Assembly: GCA_946500615.1 (NCBI GenBank)
Contig: CAMMWP010000002.1
Location: 29,968 to 93,967, forward strand
Origin: an uncultured Clostridium sp.
GTDB lineage: Bacteria > Bacillota > Clostridia > TANB77 > CAG-508
Length of the DNA stretch: 64,000 bases
Direction: 5' to 3'
The translations under genes were made by a program, and so were the position numbers. Positions 1 to 9,863 of the stretch are shown piece by piece; position 1 is the stretch's first letter, and each line of letters opens with the position of its first letter. The notes under the pieces were generated by a model. It did not search any database, was not told where the DNA came from, and worked only from the letters and a program-made list of their open reading frames with translations.

Positions 1-410
1 AAGACAAAAAATTAGATGGTAGAATTTTAAGAGATTTTAGCGAGGTAAAGAATAAGCAATTTAAAAATAGCTTGGACAAATTGTTACCACAAAAATTAAT
101 ACCAGTTATTATAAAAAGAAGTAAAATAGATTCTAATAAAAAAGTTAATGAGATAACTAGAAAAGAAAGAGAAGAATTAATAAAAGCAATAAAAAGGTTT
201 GAGATTACAATAAAACAATTTAGACCAATAGAAGAAGCCATTATTACAAGTGGAGGGATTAATGCAAAAGAAATAAATCCTAAAACGATGGAATCAAAAA
301 AGATAAAAGGGATGTATTTTGCAGGAGAAATTATTGATGTAGATAGTTATACAGGAGGATTTAATTTACAAATAGCATATTCGACAGGTTATGTAGCAGG
401 ATTAAATTAG
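1..410 (+). CDS. C-terminal part of HI0933-family FAD-dependent oxidoreductase (gene is truncated at the window start)
   Basis: Frame is open from nt 3. C-terminus reads GGINAKEINPKTMES...GMYFAGEIIDVDSYTGGFNLQIAYSTGYVAG, typical of the HI0933/aminoacetone-oxidase-like flavoprotein family. Confidence 0.5.
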   Translation, partial: DKKLDGRILRDFSEVKNKQFKNSLDKLLPQKLIPVIIKRSKIDSNKKVNEITRKEREELIKAIKRFEITIKQFRPIEEAIITSGGINAKEINPKTMESKKIKGMYFAGEIIDVDSYTGGFNLQIAYSTGYVAGLN

Positions 411-411
411 T

Positions 412-578
412 GTCCATTTGGGGACGTTTCCTTTTGAGACATTTTTATGTAAATCTAAGGCGTTAATAATAAAACAAGATAAGTATTTATTTTCTATATA
501 ACAATTCATTATTTATAAATAAAGAAAAGGCAGATTTACATAAAAATGTCTCAAAAGGAAACGTCCCCAAATGGACAT
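412..578. repeat. 167-bp foldback element with perfect 46-bp inverted arms (tgtccatttggggacgtttcc...) around a 75-bp AT-rich spacer. Probably also acts as a terminator.
   Basis: Arm 412-457 is the exact reverse complement of 533-578. A solo arm-like 20-mer (gtgtccaattggggacgtttc) recurs at 31026. Confidence 0.6.
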
Positions 579-636
579 AAGATTTTGTTATAAATCTTAT
601 AAATTTATAAATATATTATACGTGAAGGGAATAAGA

Positions 637-1278
637 ATGAATCATTACGTAACAATAAAAGAAAATTTAGAAACAGAAATTGTCATAAAAAAATCAAAAT
701 TTATTGCTAGTCTCATAAGAGTAGCAACAAAAGAAGAAGCTGAAGAAAAAATTAGAAAAATAAAGAAAAAATATTTTGATGCAAGGCATCATTGTATTTC
801 TTATAGAATTTTAGAAAGTAACAAAATAATAGAAAGGTTTAGTGATGATGGAGAGCCTTCTGGAACAGCTGGAGGACCTATGTTAAATATTTTACAAAAA
901 AACAATTTAGTCAATATATTAGTGGTTGTTACTAGATATTTTGGAGGAATACTATTGGGAACAGGAGGACTTGTTAGAGCTTATTCTGAAAGCGTTTTAA
1001 AAGCAATAGAGGAAAGTGAACAATTAGAAATTTTAGAAGGAAGAGAATGTGAAGTTGGAATAGAATATAGTAATTTTGAAAAATTTAAGTATTATTGTAA
1101 AAATAATGGAATATCTATAAAAGATTCTATTTATACAGAAGAAATTGTTTGTAAAATAGAGATGGAAGAACAAATAAAAGAAAAATTATTAAGAGATTAT
1201 GAGTTAAAAAATATAAATTTATTATATTTAAATGTTTTATCTAAAAAATATATAGAGAAAAGTATAGAAAAAACATAG
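637..1278 (+). CDS. yigZ: YigZ/IMPACT-family protein
   Basis: IKKSKFIAS...FDARHHCISYRI...DDGEPSGTAGGPML motifs. RBS gaagggaa lies upstream of the ATG at 637. The track start at 571 lies inside the inverted repeat. Confidence 0.7.
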   Translation: MNHYVTIKENLETEIVIKKSKFIASLIRVATKEEAEEKIRKIKKKYFDARHHCISYRILESNKIIERFSDDGEPSGTAGGPMLNILQKNNLVNILVVVTRYFGGILLGTGGLVRAYSESVLKAIEESEQLEILEGRECEVGIEYSNFEKFKYYCKNNGISIKDSIYTEEIVCKIEMEEQIKEKLLRDYELKNINLLYLNVLSKKYIEKSIEKT

Positions 1279-1385
1279 TTTTATAAAATAAATGGAAAAA
1301 ATTACCAATTATCATTGCAATTTATTTTCTATAATACTATAATTTGAACTGTAAAATATTTACAATTTATTTTTGGAGGGAAAAA

Positions 1386-2210
1386 ATGAAAGAAAAAATT
1401 ACAGTTTTGATTGCAGATGATAATCAAGAATTTAGTCAAACATTAGCATCATACATAGATGCACAAGAAGATATGGAGGTTATTGCAAAAGCCAAGGATG
1501 GAACAGAAGTAATAGATATAATAGCGAATACAGTCCCAGATATAATATTACTAGATGTTATAATGCCACATTTAGACGGGTTAGGAGTTTTAGAAAATAT
1601 CAATAAAATAAAGATAGCTAAGAAGCCAATTTGCATCATGTTATCAGCAGTTGGACAAGATAAGATAACACAAAGAGCAATAGAATTAGGTGCACAATAT
1701 TATGTAGTAAAACCATTTGATATTGAAGTATTAATCAAAAGAATTAGAGAATTTAAATTTTACAAACCAGTAGCACAAAATACGAATAATAATTTTTTGG
1801 CTAGAGAAGTAAAACCACAATATATTGAGATTTCTTCAGATAATGCTAAGCCAGAAGAAAACTTAGAAGCATTAGTAACAAATATTATACATGAAGTTGG
1901 CGTACCTGCACATATAAAAGGATATCAATATTTAAGAGAAGCGATTATGATGGTTGTAAATGATATTGATGTGATTAATCAAATTACCAAAAGCTTATAT
2001 CCACAAATTGCACGCAAATTTAATACAACACCAAGTCGCGTAGAACGTGCCATTCGTCATGCTATAGAAGTGGCATGGGGACGTGGTCAACAAGAAATTG
2101 TTGAGAATATATTTGGATATACCATTTCAGCTGCTAAAGGAAAGCCTACCAATAGTGAATTTATAGCGATGATAGCTGATAAATTACGCTTAGAATTAAA
2201 ATCAGCATAG
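1386..2210 (+). CDS. spo0A: Sporulation master response regulator Spo0A
   Basis: RBS ggaggg, then [16 protein letters not shown] receiver domain (D-D-K residues). C-terminal Spo0A-specific DNA-binding domain ([18 protein letters not shown]...[15 protein letters not shown]). The last ~50 codons lie in a sequence duplicated at 10772-10920. Confidence 0.92.
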   Translation: MKEKITVLIADDNQEFSQTLASYIDAQEDMEVIAKAKDGTEVIDIIANTVPDIILLDVIMPHLDGLGVLENINKIKIAKKPICIMLSAVGQDKITQRAIELGAQYYVVKPFDIEVLIKRIREFKFYKPVAQNTNNNFLAREVKPQYIEISSDNAKPEENLEALVTNIIHEVGVPAHIKGYQYLREAIMMVVNDIDVINQITKSLYPQIARKFNTTPSRVERAIRHAIEVAWGRGQQEIVENIFGYTISAAKGKPTNSEFIAMIADKLRLELKSA

Positions 2211-2417
2211 GATATGGCTAGAAGTATTGCAAGAGTAAGAATATATAAAATTAGAAAATCTGCTTGCAAGGCTATAAACTATATGAAAATAGTCATAGAT
2301 TAAGTGAAAAATCAGCTCTCAAGGCAATAAATGAAAATTGAATAGGACAATAAACTTCCAAGATTTATTGGTTAATATTTAAAAATGTTAATCAGTAAAA
2401 ATTGGAGGTTTTTTTGT

Positions 2418-3404
2418 ATGGAGAAAATTGATTATGAGGTAGATGACTTTATGAATTATTGTGATTATAAAGGATTATCAAAAAAGAGCATGAGAAGTTA
2501 TGAGCAAACATTAAGGTTATTTATACGATATTTAAAAGATGAGTGTAATATCACAAACACAGGAGATATAAAAGAACAAACGATAAAAGAATATATAAGC
2601 AGTATAAAGGAAAGAGGAAAATACACAGTAGTTGCAAATGACAATTCAAAAAAATTTAATAATCCACAAAACAGACAAGATTTTGGAAAAAAAGTCAGTT
2701 TAGCAACAGTTAATAATTACACAAGAAATTTAAGAGTATATTTCAACTATATGTATGATAATAGGCTTATAAAAGTAAACCCAATGAAAAATATAAAAAC
2801 AATAAAAATACCAAGAAAAGTAGTAGGGTATATGGAAAATAAAGACTTTAATAATTTACTAAAATGCTTTGATTTATCTAAATTTCACGAATATAGGGAT
2901 TATGTAATAACACAATTAATATTTGATACTGGTATGAGATTAGGGGAAACACTTTCAATAAGAGATGAAACAGATATAAATTTCACAGATAGAACAATAT
3001 TTTTACCAGCAGAGAATACAAAAGGAAAAAAGGACAGATATGTATTTTTTTCAATAAAAATGGCAACTGAATTAAAAAGGTGGTTACAGTTTAGAGATAG
3101 ATACAAAGATAGTGAATATTGTTTTTGCACAATAAAAGGCACAAAATTAAAAGGTAGTAATTTTGAAAAGAATTTCACAAAATATGGAGAAAGAATTGGA
3201 AAAAGAGAAATACACCCACATCAATTAAGGAATAATTTTGCTAAAAGATTTTTAATGAGCGGTGGGGATATTTATACATTATCAAAAATATTAGGACATA
3301 GTTCAGTTCAAGTTACAGAACAAGCATACCTTGATTTAGATACCGAAGATTTAAGACAAATGTATCAAAAACATTCCCCACTTATGAATTTAAAAAGGAT
3401 ATAA
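2418..3404 (+). CDS. int: Tyrosine-type site-specific integrase
   Basis: RBS ggagg. C-terminal catalytic residues R..HxxR..Y (HPHQLRNNFAKRF...GHSSVQVTEQAYLD). Immediately adjacent to the att region. Confidence 0.85.
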   Translation: MEKIDYEVDDFMNYCDYKGLSKKSMRSYEQTLRLFIRYLKDECNITNTGDIKEQTIKEYISSIKERGKYTVVANDNSKKFNNPQNRQDFGKKVSLATVNNYTRNLRVYFNYMYDNRLIKVNPMKNIKTIKIPRKVVGYMENKDFNNLLKCFDLSKFHEYRDYVITQLIFDTGMRLGETLSIRDETDINFTDRTIFLPAENTKGKKDRYVFFSIKMATELKRWLQFRDRYKDSEYCFCTIKGTKLKGSNFEKNFTKYGERIGKREIHPHQLRNNFAKRFLMSGGDIYTLSKILGHSSVQVTEQAYLDLDTEDLRQMYQKHSPLMNLKRI

Positions 3405-3409
3405 AAAGA

Positions 3410-4123
3410 TTATTCTTTTGGGTATTCTTCTTTTGCCTTTTTGATTTTTTTATTTATCTCATCAAAATATACTTTGTCAACTATTGCATTTGTTGTTACA
3501 ATTTTGTTAGACAACAATGTCCTTTCCATAGTAACTTTTTCTTTTGTAATATATATTTTATCATTTTCTTTAACTTTTGAGGTAAAATATTCATGCAATA
3601 TCCTCAAAATTGGGAATTGCTTTTCATACCAACTTTCTTCCTCTTTATAATATTTTTCAAATGCTTTGCTTTCTGCTTTTTCTAACTCTTTTTGTGTATA
3701 ATTTTTTTTCTCTATAATAACTCGTGGATTTCCATCAAATGGACGATTTTTTTTTCTACTTTCTTGTTCTATTAAAAAATTTATGGTATTTAATAGGCTT
3801 TTTTTATTACTATATTTTAATTCATTTAATGCTTCTATTGCCTCATCAGTTAAACCTGTTAAATTATATATAGTAATATAATCTGGATTTGTACTAGCAA
3901 TATCTGTTTTACCCAATAAATAATTTTCTGAAACATTAAATTCTTTTGCTATCTTTTCTAAATCTTCTAGTGGGATAGGACGTTTTCCACTTTCATACAT
4001 GGCTACCGCTGACCTACTTATATTTAATATGTTATTGGCTAAGCCATCTTGTGTAATACCATTTTTTTCTCGTACCTTTTGAATTCTCTTACCTACTATA
4101 ACATAATTAATTTCTTGTGACAT
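3410..4123 (-). CDS. XRE-family HTH repressor (cI-like), divergent from the replication genes
   Basis: N-terminal HTH_3 (ITQDGLANNILNISRSAVAMYESGKRP). Divergent promoter region with a palindromic operator downstream. Confidence 0.7.
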   Translation of the reverse strand: MSQEINYVIVGKRIQKVREKNGITQDGLANNILNISRSAVAMYESGKRPIPLEDLEKIAKEFNVSENYLLGKTDIASTNPDYITIYNLTGLTDEAIEALNELKYSNKKSLLNTINFLIEQESRKKNRPFDGNPRVIIEKKNYTQKELEKAESKAFEKYYKEEESWYEKQFPILRILHEYFTSKVKENDKIYITKEKVTMERTLLSNKIVTTNAIVDKVYFDEINKKIKKAKEEYPKE

Positions 4124-4150
4124 TTTTTAAATTTTCCTCCTTTTGACACT

Positions 4151-4177
4151 TTTGTGACAAGTATTTTATTTGTCACG
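4151..4177. promoter_or_regulatory. Palindromic operator TTGTGACAA-N9-TTGTCACGA in the divergent promoter region of the island
   Basis: Perfect inverted half-sites tgtgaca/tgtcaca lie between the repressor and the rightward genes. Confidence 0.45.
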
Positions 4178-4385
4178 ATTTTATGATATTATAATCCAAA
4201 TAATCAAAAAAATCAATAAAAACATAATTAAGGGGGTGATTAATATTACAGCAGAAGAAATAAGAAAGGCTAAAAACGAATATTTTAGAACTTGGAGAAA
4301 AAACAACAGAGATAAAGTAAAAAAAGCCCAAGAAAGATACTGGGAGAAAGTAGCAAAAGAAAAACAAAAAAACTCACAAATGTAA
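4170..4385 (+). CDS. Small basic protein (possible Cro/excisionase-like; start uncertain)
   Basis: Lys/Arg-rich 50-70 aa ORF immediately rightward of the operator. Confidence 0.3.
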   Translation: MSRFYDIIIQIIKKINKNIIKGVINITAEEIRKAKNEYFRTWRKNNRDKVKKAQERYWEKVAKEKQKNSQM

Positions 4386-4471
4386 ATATCATTAGGCTAT
4401 GTCAGAAAATCAAACTGATATAAGCCTATTGTTAAGGATATAAAATAAAATAGAAAAGGAGAAATAAAAAA

Positions 4472-4810
4472 ATGAAATATATTGAGTTAAATAATGACAA
4501 AAGTCCAAAATATGGATTTCAAACAACATATAAAACTATGGAAGAATTAGAAAATGCAGGACTACTGCTAAACACAAAAGTTGTACTTGTCGATTTTGAC
4601 AATGACAATATAAATGAAGAAAAAATTATTGATTACATTAAAAAGGAATACCCAACATTAACAGTAAAAACAACAAAAGGTACACATTTTTATTATGCTA
4701 AACCTGATAATGTAAAAATCGGTTGTTATACTGATACGATTACAGTTGGAGGATTTCAAGTTGACTATAAAACAGGAACAAAAGCTTATGCTGTTGTAAA
4801 ACTTAATTGA
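4472..4810 (+). CDS. Primase-polymerase (prim-pol) N-terminal domain protein
   Basis: VLVDFDNDN acidic DxD motif and a YYAKP region typical of bifunctional primase/polymerase. Ends at a TGA that is in frame with the downstream helicase ORF. Confidence 0.5.
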   Translation: MKYIELNNDKSPKYGFQTTYKTMEELENAGLLLNTKVVLVDFDNDNINEEKIIDYIKKEYPTLTVKTTKGTHFYYAKPDNVKIGCYTDTITVGGFQVDYKTGTKAYAVVKLN

Positions 4811-4834
4811 ATAGAAAGGGAAACAAATCAACCG

Positions 4835-6310
4835 TTGTCATTTGATAACTTACCAGAATTACCGCCTATACTATATCCATTAAAAGTATCAAAAGAAAAT
4901 TTAAGTGGAATGGCAGATGGTGACGGAAGAAATGACAAAATGTTTAATCATTTATGTTGGGTGCAACGAATTTATCCTGACATCGACCTAGAAGATATGG
5001 CACAAATAATAAATGAAAAATTATTTGTAGAAAGACTAGAAACAAAAGAGTTAGAAAGTATTATAAAAAGTGTAAAAAGCTATTATGATCCAAACGAATA
5101 TACAGGAGATTTAACAGATATGATAGCATTTGCACAATGGATTATTCCTAAACTAGATATAAAAATTTATAATGGTCAATTATATTTCAAAGATGATAAA
5201 ACATATATTACGGATAATCGTTTATTATTACGAAAAGTAACACATTATTCAAAACTTAAAAGAGTTCAAGATAACGAACTTATACATCAATTACTAAAAT
5301 TTTGGGAGGAAATTGATATTACAACTATGAATTTACCAGTGTATATAAGAAATGGAAGTTTAATTGATGGTGAATATAATTCAAATGATATGCAAATATT
5401 CAGTCCATTTTATTTGGACGTGGAATATAATGAAAATGCTTATGATGAACACGTTGATAAATTTCTAAATGATATTACGTGTAATCGTATAGAATTACGT
5501 CAGACATTAGAAGAAATTTTAGGTCACATATTATTGACCAGTAAATTTCCAGCTCATGTATTCTTCTTATCAGGTGGTGGGAACAATGGCAAAAGCACAT
5601 TCCTAGAAATGATAAATAATTTTGTAGGAAAGGCAGGACAAAATTTAAGTTTAGACGCATTTAATGACGACACCAGTATTGCGGCACTAAATAGTAAATT
5701 ATGTAATTGTGCTGACGAAACTGACGACATAAAAATTGATAAATGCAAACGTTTTAAAAGTTTAGCGAGTGGAAACACAATAACAGTACGACCGATATAT
5801 CAACAACCAGTCAAAATTAGAAATGTTGCAACTCTCATACTATCTGCAAATAAAATGCCAATTTTTAAAGATAAGACAGAAGGTTTTTTCAGACGTCTTA
5901 TGATAATTCCGTTTGATTTTGTAATTACAGAAAAAAACGAAAATTTAGACGAATTATTAAGCACTGATAATGCAAAAAGCTACATATTGAATTTGGCATT
6001 AAACGGTGTGCAACGAATAAAAACAAATGGGTATAAAATGACTAAAAATCAATATGTTGACGCTAAAACTGAGGAATACATAACAGATAATGACCCAATA
6101 GCGGCATTCTTAAAAAATTATCCAAATATTGATGGGGAATTAACTAGTGCTGTATATTATCAGTATGAAACATTTTGCACCACATCAGAAATTGACAGTA
6201 ATTCAATGTCATTATCGCAATTTTCCAGCAAAATGCGTGAATACGGATACAAATCTACACCGACAAAAATTAATAAACAATCGGTCCGTGTTTACAAAAA
6301 AATGCGATAA
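4835..6310 (+). CDS. D5/P4-type primase C-terminal helicase (SF3 NTPase)
   Basis: Walker A FFLSGGGNNGKSTF and Walker B ILSANK motifs. Same reading frame as 4472..4810, separated by a single TGA. The called start is TTG. Confidence 0.65.
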   Translation: MSFDNLPELPPILYPLKVSKENLSGMADGDGRNDKMFNHLCWVQRIYPDIDLEDMAQIINEKLFVERLETKELESIIKSVKSYYDPNEYTGDLTDMIAFAQWIIPKLDIKIYNGQLYFKDDKTYITDNRLLLRKVTHYSKLKRVQDNELIHQLLKFWEEIDITTMNLPVYIRNGSLIDGEYNSNDMQIFSPFYLDVEYNENAYDEHVDKFLNDITCNRIELRQTLEEILGHILLTSKFPAHVFFLSGGGNNGKSTFLEMINNFVGKAGQNLSLDAFNDDTSIAALNSKLCNCADETDDIKIDKCKRFKSLASGNTITVRPIYQQPVKIRNVATLILSANKMPIFKDKTEGFFRRLMIIPFDFVITEKNENLDELLSTDNAKSYILNLALNGVQRIKTNGYKMTKNQYVDAKTEEYITDNDPIAAFLKNYPNIDGELTSAVYYQYETFCTTSEIDSNSMSLSQFSSKMREYGYKSTPTKINKQSVRVYKKMR

Positions 6311-6870
6311 ACTGATACACTAACTGATACACTATGCCATACGTGAAACTGCTGATATTACTGAACTATACACAATTACACTATTACACATATATTTTTT
6401 TAAAATATTTTAATTTTTATTTGTATATTATGAAATATGAAAAAAATTAATAATAAAAAATATATAAAATAATGGTGTAATTGTGTAATAGTGTAACGTA
6501 CTACGCTGACAAGTTGTTGGCGATAGAACAAGTGTATAGGAAAGTGTAATCACTTCAAATTTGTGTATAAAAATGATTTTGAATTAAGTTTTATGTAATA
6601 AAAAAATGGTAACCGAAAAGCACATATTATAGTAATGGCAATATGTTGGTGTGGTTACAAATTTAAAGTTGAATATTTAAACATGGTAACCTAGTCATAT
6701 TTTAAATTTAGGTTTATTTTTTGTGAATTTATAATAAAGTTGGATACCGAAAATGCGAAACATCAGTTATATCAATTTGTTTATGAGGTAACCAAAAGGA
6801 AACCAACTAAAAAAAGTAACCCAAGATAGTTACCGTAAATCATAAAAAAGATAGCAAAGAGCTATCGTAT
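6311..6870. promoter_or_regulatory. Putative replication origin of the island: inverted GTGTAAT iteron clusters flanking an AT-rich unwinding region, plus GGTAACC repeats
   Basis: tacacaattacactattacaca at about 6367 and ggtgtaattgtgtaatagtgtaac at about 6473 in inverted orientation. Between them is an 80-bp stretch that is essentially pure A/T. GGTAACC occurs three times in 6600-6830. Located just 3' of the helicase gene. Confidence 0.5.
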
Positions 6871-6877
6871 ATTATAA

Positions 6878-7117
6878 TTAATCGGCTATATCAATATTAT
6901 CAAATAATTTATCATCGAAAAAATCTTTTAATTTCATATTTAATGCTTCACAAATATATTCTATCATATCAAGTCTAATTATTTTTCTTTTGCCTGATAA
7001 AAATTTAGATAAAGTTGAGCGAGAAATACCAGCCAATGTAGAAAGTTTTGATACATTGAGATTATTTTCATTTATTAAATTAGTAATTCTCATTCTAACT
7101 GCTTCTGATAAATCCAC
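6878..7117 (-). CDS. Small XRE-family HTH regulator
   Basis: 79 aa with LSTLAGISRSTLSKFLSGKR helix-turn-helix. Confidence 0.6.
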   Translation of the reverse strand: MDLSEAVRMRITNLINENNLNVSKLSTLAGISRSTLSKFLSGKRKIIRLDMIEYICEALNMKLKDFFDDKLFDNIDIAD

Positions 7118-7181
7118 TCTAAAATCTCCTTTTATATAGTATTCCTATTAAAGAAAATTTTAACAAAAAACATATTTACAT

Positions 7182-7439
7182 TTGTTGACAAACGCCAACA
7201 TTTTTAGTATTATTTATACAGAAAGGTGCAGTAAAATGGAACAAATAAATAAAGAATTCGATGTGCCATATTACATATTTGAAGAAATAGTTAATTATGT
7301 TGAATTAACAGCACATGGAAAAAATAAAAGTATGAAATGGGAAAATATAAAAATGCTATTAGGATTAGCAAAAGTAAATGATAGATTAACAAGTGAACAA
7401 GTTGAATTTCTTATAAATAAATATAACAGGGAATTATAG
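7182..7439 (+). CDS. Hypothetical protein
   Basis: ORF with a likely start at MEQINKEF (7237). Located downstream of a ttgaca promoter-like box. Confidence 0.35.
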   Translation: MLTNANIFSIIYTERCSKMEQINKEFDVPYYIFEEIVNYVELTAHGKNKSMKWENIKMLLGLAKVNDRLTSEQVEFLINKYNREL

Positions 7440-7472
7440 TTCAATAATTTACAAAAGAAGGGGGATGAATAA

Positions 7473-7559
7473 ATGGACGGAAAAGGAAAATGGTGGAAAG
7501 TGATTTTAGGTATAGGACTTTTAGTTGGTGGATGTATCTTAGTTGCTATAACAGCATAA
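7473..7559 (+). CDS. 28-aa hydrophobic peptide MDGKGKWWKVILGIGLLVGGCILVAITA
   Basis: Strong RBS aagggggatgaataaATG. Single TM segment. Not in the ORF track because it is under 60 aa. Confidence 0.35.
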   Translation: MDGKGKWWKVILGIGLLVGGCILVAITA

Positions 7560-7598
7560 ACATTTTAAAAATTATAGAGAGGAAAGAGGAATATTTAT

Positions 7599-8060
7599 AT
7601 GAATATGAAATTAAAAAATCAAACAGGAATAAGTTTAATGAAAGTAATAATTATCGTAGCAGTAATAATTATAGGAATAGTAATCATTAGTGCGATTACA
7701 AGTAAACCGGGTTACGAGTTAAGTGTAGAAAAAAGCGAACCAGTTGCATATACAAATTTAAGATATTCTATTGCACAGGCAGCTGCAAGTAGTGGTGGTG
7801 CTAGTACATTAAAAAGCGAATATATTGATACACTTGGAAAATTAGTAAAAAGTGCAGATAGTAATAATCAATGGTTTTCAAGTAATAGTGGTGTGTTTTA
7901 TGGTGGAACAGCAGATACTTCTGATTATCAATATACTTGGATTTCAAACGGAACTTATTGTGCAACATTTTGTATAAAACAAGAGGGCAATACATATTAT
8001 TTATGTGATTTTAAATTTTCAACTGATACTGTAAAAGGTTATACACTTTTTGTTGAGTAA
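7599..8060 (+). CDS. Hypothetical secreted or membrane-anchored protein with a pilin-like N-terminus
   Basis: N-terminus MKLKNQTGISLMKVIIIVAVIIIGIVI: short basic leader, a Gly, then a roughly 20-residue hydrophobic stretch. No E at +5, so it is not a canonical prepilin. Confidence 0.4.
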   Translation: MNMKLKNQTGISLMKVIIIVAVIIIGIVIISAITSKPGYELSVEKSEPVAYTNLRYSIAQAAASSGGASTLKSEYIDTLGKLVKSADSNNQWFSSNSGVFYGGTADTSDYQYTWISNGTYCATFCIKQEGNTYYLCDFKFSTDTVKGYTLFVE

Positions 8061-8353
8061 TATGGATAATATAACGATAAAATAATAAAAAGTAGAAGAT
8101 ATTATCAATTTATCTTCTATTTTTGTAAATTTATATAGAAAAATAATCATAAAATAAAAATAAATAGCGGTAATTAGTATTATACAGGTGTTTTTAGGGA
8201 TTTTATATTTTAGTAAAGGTAATTTCATAGGTAATATATTAAAAGTGTTTAAAATTAAAATTACGACCACGTTTTTTATAAAAGTTCATAAAAAAGAAAA
8301 ATGTAAATATGTTTTATGAATTTTTTCTGTGTTTAGCAATATCAAACTGTTTT

Positions 8354-8542
8354 TTAATATATGGTCTGCCGACTAACAGGAATAATATTGCGAATATACC
8401 AGTTTTCTGCATTATCACTCATACGAGCCATAATTGTTTTATTCCAGTGTTTTATTTGTTCCTCTGACATTGGAACTTTTGAACAAGAGGATAATTGCAC
8501 AATATTAATAATATCTATATCATCTAAATCTGGTTTGTTCAT
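8354..8542 (-). CDS. Hypothetical protein (62 aa)
   Basis: Good RBS aaaggtggtg upstream on the minus strand. Confidence 0.35.
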   Translation of the reverse strand: MNKPDLDDIDIINIVQLSSCSKVPMSEEQIKHWNKTIMARMSDNAENWYIRNIIPVSRQTIY

Positions 8543-8700
8543 TTTTTATGCACCACCTTTTTCTATTTGATAAATTACATTATAAGATAAAATTAAAAAA
8601 AAATAAACAATGTTCTTACATTTTACAAATAACTACATTAAGAAAATAATAAAAATCTCTTAAAATAAAATGTGAATATAAAGTGAAAGGGGTGGATTTT

Positions 8701-8904
8701 ATGGAACAAGATTTTTATAGTGCAATATTAAAAATACTAGAAAAGGATATAAAAATTAATACAAATGAAAATTTAATAAACACATTATTTGAAAAAAGGT
8801 CAGAAAAATTTCATGTAGCAGTTACTAAAAATGACAAATATAAAGTTCAAAAAGAAAATTTAAAAAAAGCAAATGAAAAAATATATAGAATTACAAATGT
8901 ATAA
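8701..8904 (+). CDS. Hypothetical protein
   Basis: RBS aaaggggtgg, then ATG at 8701 (MEQDFYSAIL...). Confidence 0.35.
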   Translation: MEQDFYSAILKILEKDIKINTNENLINTLFEKRSEKFHVAVTKNDKYKVQKENLKKANEKIYRITNV

Positions 8905-9186
8905 ATATGGTGTTTATGACGGTATAAAATTAATACTTGACAGCATAAACAAATAATAAACTGTGATATTAAAAAGCAAGGGTGCAATATACCTTGTTTT
9001 AATTTTGTTTATTAAATTATGAATGTAATACAATGACAATTTAATTACATTTGATAAAACACACATAAAGCCAGTAATATCAACCGTTAAATACATTTTT
9101 GCTCGAAATATATACAGACAAATGTAATACAATTCATTTAGATTTTACATTAAATGTCTTATAATGAATAAAAAAGAGGTGGTTTT

Positions 9187-9747
9187 ATGAATACAGTTCA
9201 GCCAATAAGGGATAGGGAAAAATTAGAAGATTTAAAAGAGGAATTAAAGAAAAACGGAACAAGAGATTATATGTTATTTTATACAGGTATCAATTCGGGT
9301 ATGAGAATATCAGACATTGTAAAATTAACAAAAGAAGATGTAAGAAATAGTGATAATAGTATGAAACAACATATTACAGTAATTGAAAAGAAAACAGGAA
9401 AACAAAAACGATTTCCACTATGTAACGGTTTATTAGTAGAAATGGAAAAATACACAAAAAATATGAGAGCAGGGGAATATTTATTTAAAAGTAGAAAAGG
9501 AGAAAACAAACCAATAACAACAGTACAAGCATATAGGATAATAAGTGAAGCGGCAAAAAGAATAAGTTTAGAAGAAATAGGAACACATACTATGAGAAAA
9601 ACATTTGGGTATTGGCATTATCAACAATATAAAGATGTTGCAATATTACAAGAAATATTTAACCACTCATCACCATCAGTTACATTAAGATACATTGGAA
9701 TAAATCAAGATAACATTGATAAGTCATATATGAATTTTAGTTTATAA
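9187..9747 (+). CDS. Minimal tyrosine recombinase (186 aa, catalytic domain only)
   Basis: RBS aagaggtgg. Catalytic residues R (SGMRISD), K (KKTGKQKRF), HxxR (HTMRKTF), W/H (YWHY), Y (LRYIG). A degenerate 3' copy is at 11140-11285. Confidence 0.7.
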   Translation: MNTVQPIRDREKLEDLKEELKKNGTRDYMLFYTGINSGMRISDIVKLTKEDVRNSDNSMKQHITVIEKKTGKQKRFPLCNGLLVEMEKYTKNMRAGEYLFKSRKGENKPITTVQAYRIISEAAKRISLEEIGTHTMRKTFGYWHYQQYKDVAILQEIFNHSSPSVTLRYIGINQDNIDKSYMNFSL

Positions 9748-9863
9748 AAAATGTAAAATTTTACAATGTTCGCTTGATTTTTGCAAACAAATGTTGTATA
9801 GTATTAAACATAGGAAATGAGAATAAGCAGATGTGGTTTGCCTCCAATAAGGAGGTGAGGCAT

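Noticed and set aside
1436-3178. Antisense ORFs in spo0A and the integrase (1436..1639, 2087..2269, 2900..3178, all minus)
   Set aside because: Shadow ORFs opposite well-supported genes.
8019-8270. 83-aa minus-strand ORF in the AT-rich spacer of the island
   Set aside because: Pure AT-driven hydrophobic frame with no RBS. Overlaps the end of 7599..8060. Likely non-coding.
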